Below are positions 30,547 through 32,124 of a stretch of DNA of 32,124 bases, piece by piece. Where the stretch lies: the NCBI GenBank assembly GCA_041641775.1, contig JBEPXR010000004.1, positions 1-32,124 of the forward strand, written 5' to 3'. The notes under the pieces are model-generated. The model saw only the letters and a list, made by a program, of their open reading frames with translations, did no database searches and was not told the DNA's origin. Within the stretch, counting starts at the first letter, position 1; the number at the start of each line of letters is the position of its first letter. The position numbers were made by a program, and so were the translations under genes. This stretch comes from Desulfobia sp. (GTDB lineage Bacteria > Desulfobacterota > Desulfobulbia > Desulfobulbales > SURF-16).

Positions 30547-32124
30547 ATGTCTACAATTACTCTGGAGATAAACGGCTCCGAAATCGTCGCTGAAAACGGA
30601 CTGACGATTCTTGAAATTGCCCGTCGAGCCGAAATCAATATACCAGCCCTGTGCTCCATCGACCGTAAAAGCAGTGAGGTTCCCTGCGGTCTCTGTCTGG
30701 TTGAAATAGAAGGCATAGAAAAGCCTGTCCGAGCCTGCCAGGCCGTTGCCAAGGAAGGGATGCAAGTTGTTACTGAAAGCGATCAGCTCAAGGAAATGCG
30801 GACTTCCCGTCTTGCTGCCATGTCATCCGTTCACTTCGGCGACTGTAAGGCCCCTTGCAATCTCACCTGTCCCGGGCAAATCAATGTTCAAGGTTATATA
30901 GCGCATGTCCGCAAAGGAGAGTATGAAGAAGCACTTCGGCTTATCATGGAGAAAAATCCTTTTCCCTTCTCCGTGGGCAGGGTCTGTCCCCGCTTCTGCG
31001 AGACCAGATGCCGCCGCCTCCTTGTTGACGAACCCATCGCCATCAACCATCTTAAGAGATTTGTGGCAGACTGGTGCATGTCATCGGGCCTGGATATCGG
31101 TTTTGACAGAGCCGAGGCTACTGGTAAGAGAGTTGCCATAATTGGCGGTGGTCCGGCGGGAATGACAAGCGCTTTTTATCTGTCGAGAAAGGGGCATGAC
31201 GTTACCGTTTTTGAAGCGAACCCTAAGCTGGGAGGCATGCTGCGCTACGGACTGCCTGAATACAAGATTCCCCGGGATGTTCTTGATTATGAACTTGAAA
31301 CCCTTCTCAGACTCGGCATTTCTGTCCGGCTGAGCCAGAGATGGGGGGCCGATTTTTCCCTCCAGGATCTCAAGGAACTGGGTTACGATGCCATCCTCAT
31401 TACGATAGGAACGGGAGTGGACAAGCCCCTGGAGATTGAGGGGGCCACTCACCCTAAGGTGTTGATGGCAACCGACTTTCTCAAGCAGATCTCCACCACG
31501 TCGAGCAAAGGCCACTACGGCCGGGAGGCTGCAGTGATAGGCGGCAATAACATTGCCATGGAGACTGCCAGGTCCCTGCTGCGCAACGGAGTCGACAGCG
31601 TGACCGTCGTCTATTTCCGAGGCCGTGAAGAGATGCCGGCCAACCAGCGTAATATCAGGGAGGCAGAAGAAGAGGGAGTGGAATTTCTTCTGATGGCATC
31701 CCCCGTAAAAATCCAGGAGAATGGCCAGGGGCTTCTCGAGGTGGAACTGGTCCGGATGCGTTATGGCGAACCGGACGAGAAAGGCAGGCGTTATCCGGAG
31801 GCCATTCCTGGGACTTCGCAGATACTCAGGGTCGATACCCTGATTTCCTCTCAGGGTCAGATGGCCTTCAGCGATGAGGGCTATTCAGGTGAACTTGAAA
31901 AAGAGCTCGCCTTAAAACCCGGCAATATCATCAAGGCTTCTCCCCGGGATTCAGCCACCTCGGTGGAGGGGGTCTTTGCCGCAGGCGATGCAGCCAGCGG
32001 CTCCCGGAGTGTCATCCAGGCTGTGGTTTCAGCCCGAAGAGCGGCTGATAACATTGATGCCTACATAACTGGAGAGGCCAAGACAGCGGCCCCCAGTCGT
32101 TTTAATTTCACCAGAGGCAGTTCT
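30547..32124 (+). CDS. Fe-S flavoprotein oxidoreductase: N-terminal [2Fe-2S] (NuoG/Fdh-like) domain plus GltD/NfnB/SfrB-like FAD/NAD(P) domain (3' part beyond the window)
   Basis: Not in ORF track because it has no stop in the window. MSTITLEING...IPALC...PCGLCLVEIEG...RAC; GDCKAPCNLTCP; GRVCPRFCETRC; VAIIGGGPAG; GGMLRYGLPEYKIP; GVFAAGDA. Frame open to 32124. Confidence 0.9.
   Translation, partial: MSTITLEINGSEIVAENGLTILEIARRAEINIPALCSIDRKSSEVPCGLCLVEIEGIEKPVRACQAVAKEGMQVVTESDQLKEMRTSRLAAMSSVHFGDCKAPCNLTCPGQINVQGYIAHVRKGEYEEALRLIMEKNPFPFSVGRVCPRFCETRCRRLLVDEPIAINHLKRFVADWCMSSGLDIGFDRAEATGKRVAIIGGGPAGMTSAFYLSRKGHDVTVFEANPKLGGMLRYGLPEYKIPRDVLDYELETLLRLGISVRLSQRWGADFSLQDLKELGYDAILITIGTGVDKPLEIEGATHPKVLMATDFLKQISTTSSKGHYGREAAVIGGNNIAMETARSLLRNGVDSVTVVYFRGREEMPANQRNIREAEEEGVEFLLMASPVKIQENGQGLLEVELVRMRYGEPDEKGRRYPEAIPGTSQILRVDTLISSQGQMAFSDEGYSGELEKELALKPGNIIKASPRDSATSVEGVFAAGDAASGSRSVIQAVVSARRAADNIDAYITGEAKTAAPSRFNFTRGSS

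Overview
Gene-dense core-genome segment of an anaerobic bacterium, most likely Desulfobacterota (possibly Desulfobulbales); this is a judgement from protein similarity, not a marker analysis. Left to right: the 5' end of a sigma-70 (RpoD-like) gene, an MscS channel, and an LPS block (GT9 heptosyltransferase, TIM-barrel isomerase, a Trm112/YcaR protein missed by the ORF track, msbA, a GT-C-like membrane protein). Next come a Tat-exported membrane-bound [NiFe]-hydrogenase (small, large and cytochrome b subunits), then hypF, an Hpt gene and hypCDE, and an orphan pilB. The right half is a Wood-Ljungdahl cluster (folD, cooS, metF-acsD fusion, acsB, acsC) followed by a Fe-S flavoprotein cut off by the window edge. 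No RNA genes, CRISPR arrays or mobile elements were seen. Most striking: (1) MetF fused to the corrinoid Fe-S protein small subunit AcsD through a linker with 12 KAEE repeats and a possible internal translation start; (2) a PilB with an N-terminal MshEN (c-di-GMP) motif and a C-terminal cNMP-binding domain; (3) a Hyb-like hydrogenase with a Cys-to-Asp proximal cluster ligand, paired with a HyaC-type cytochrome b instead of HybA/HybB.
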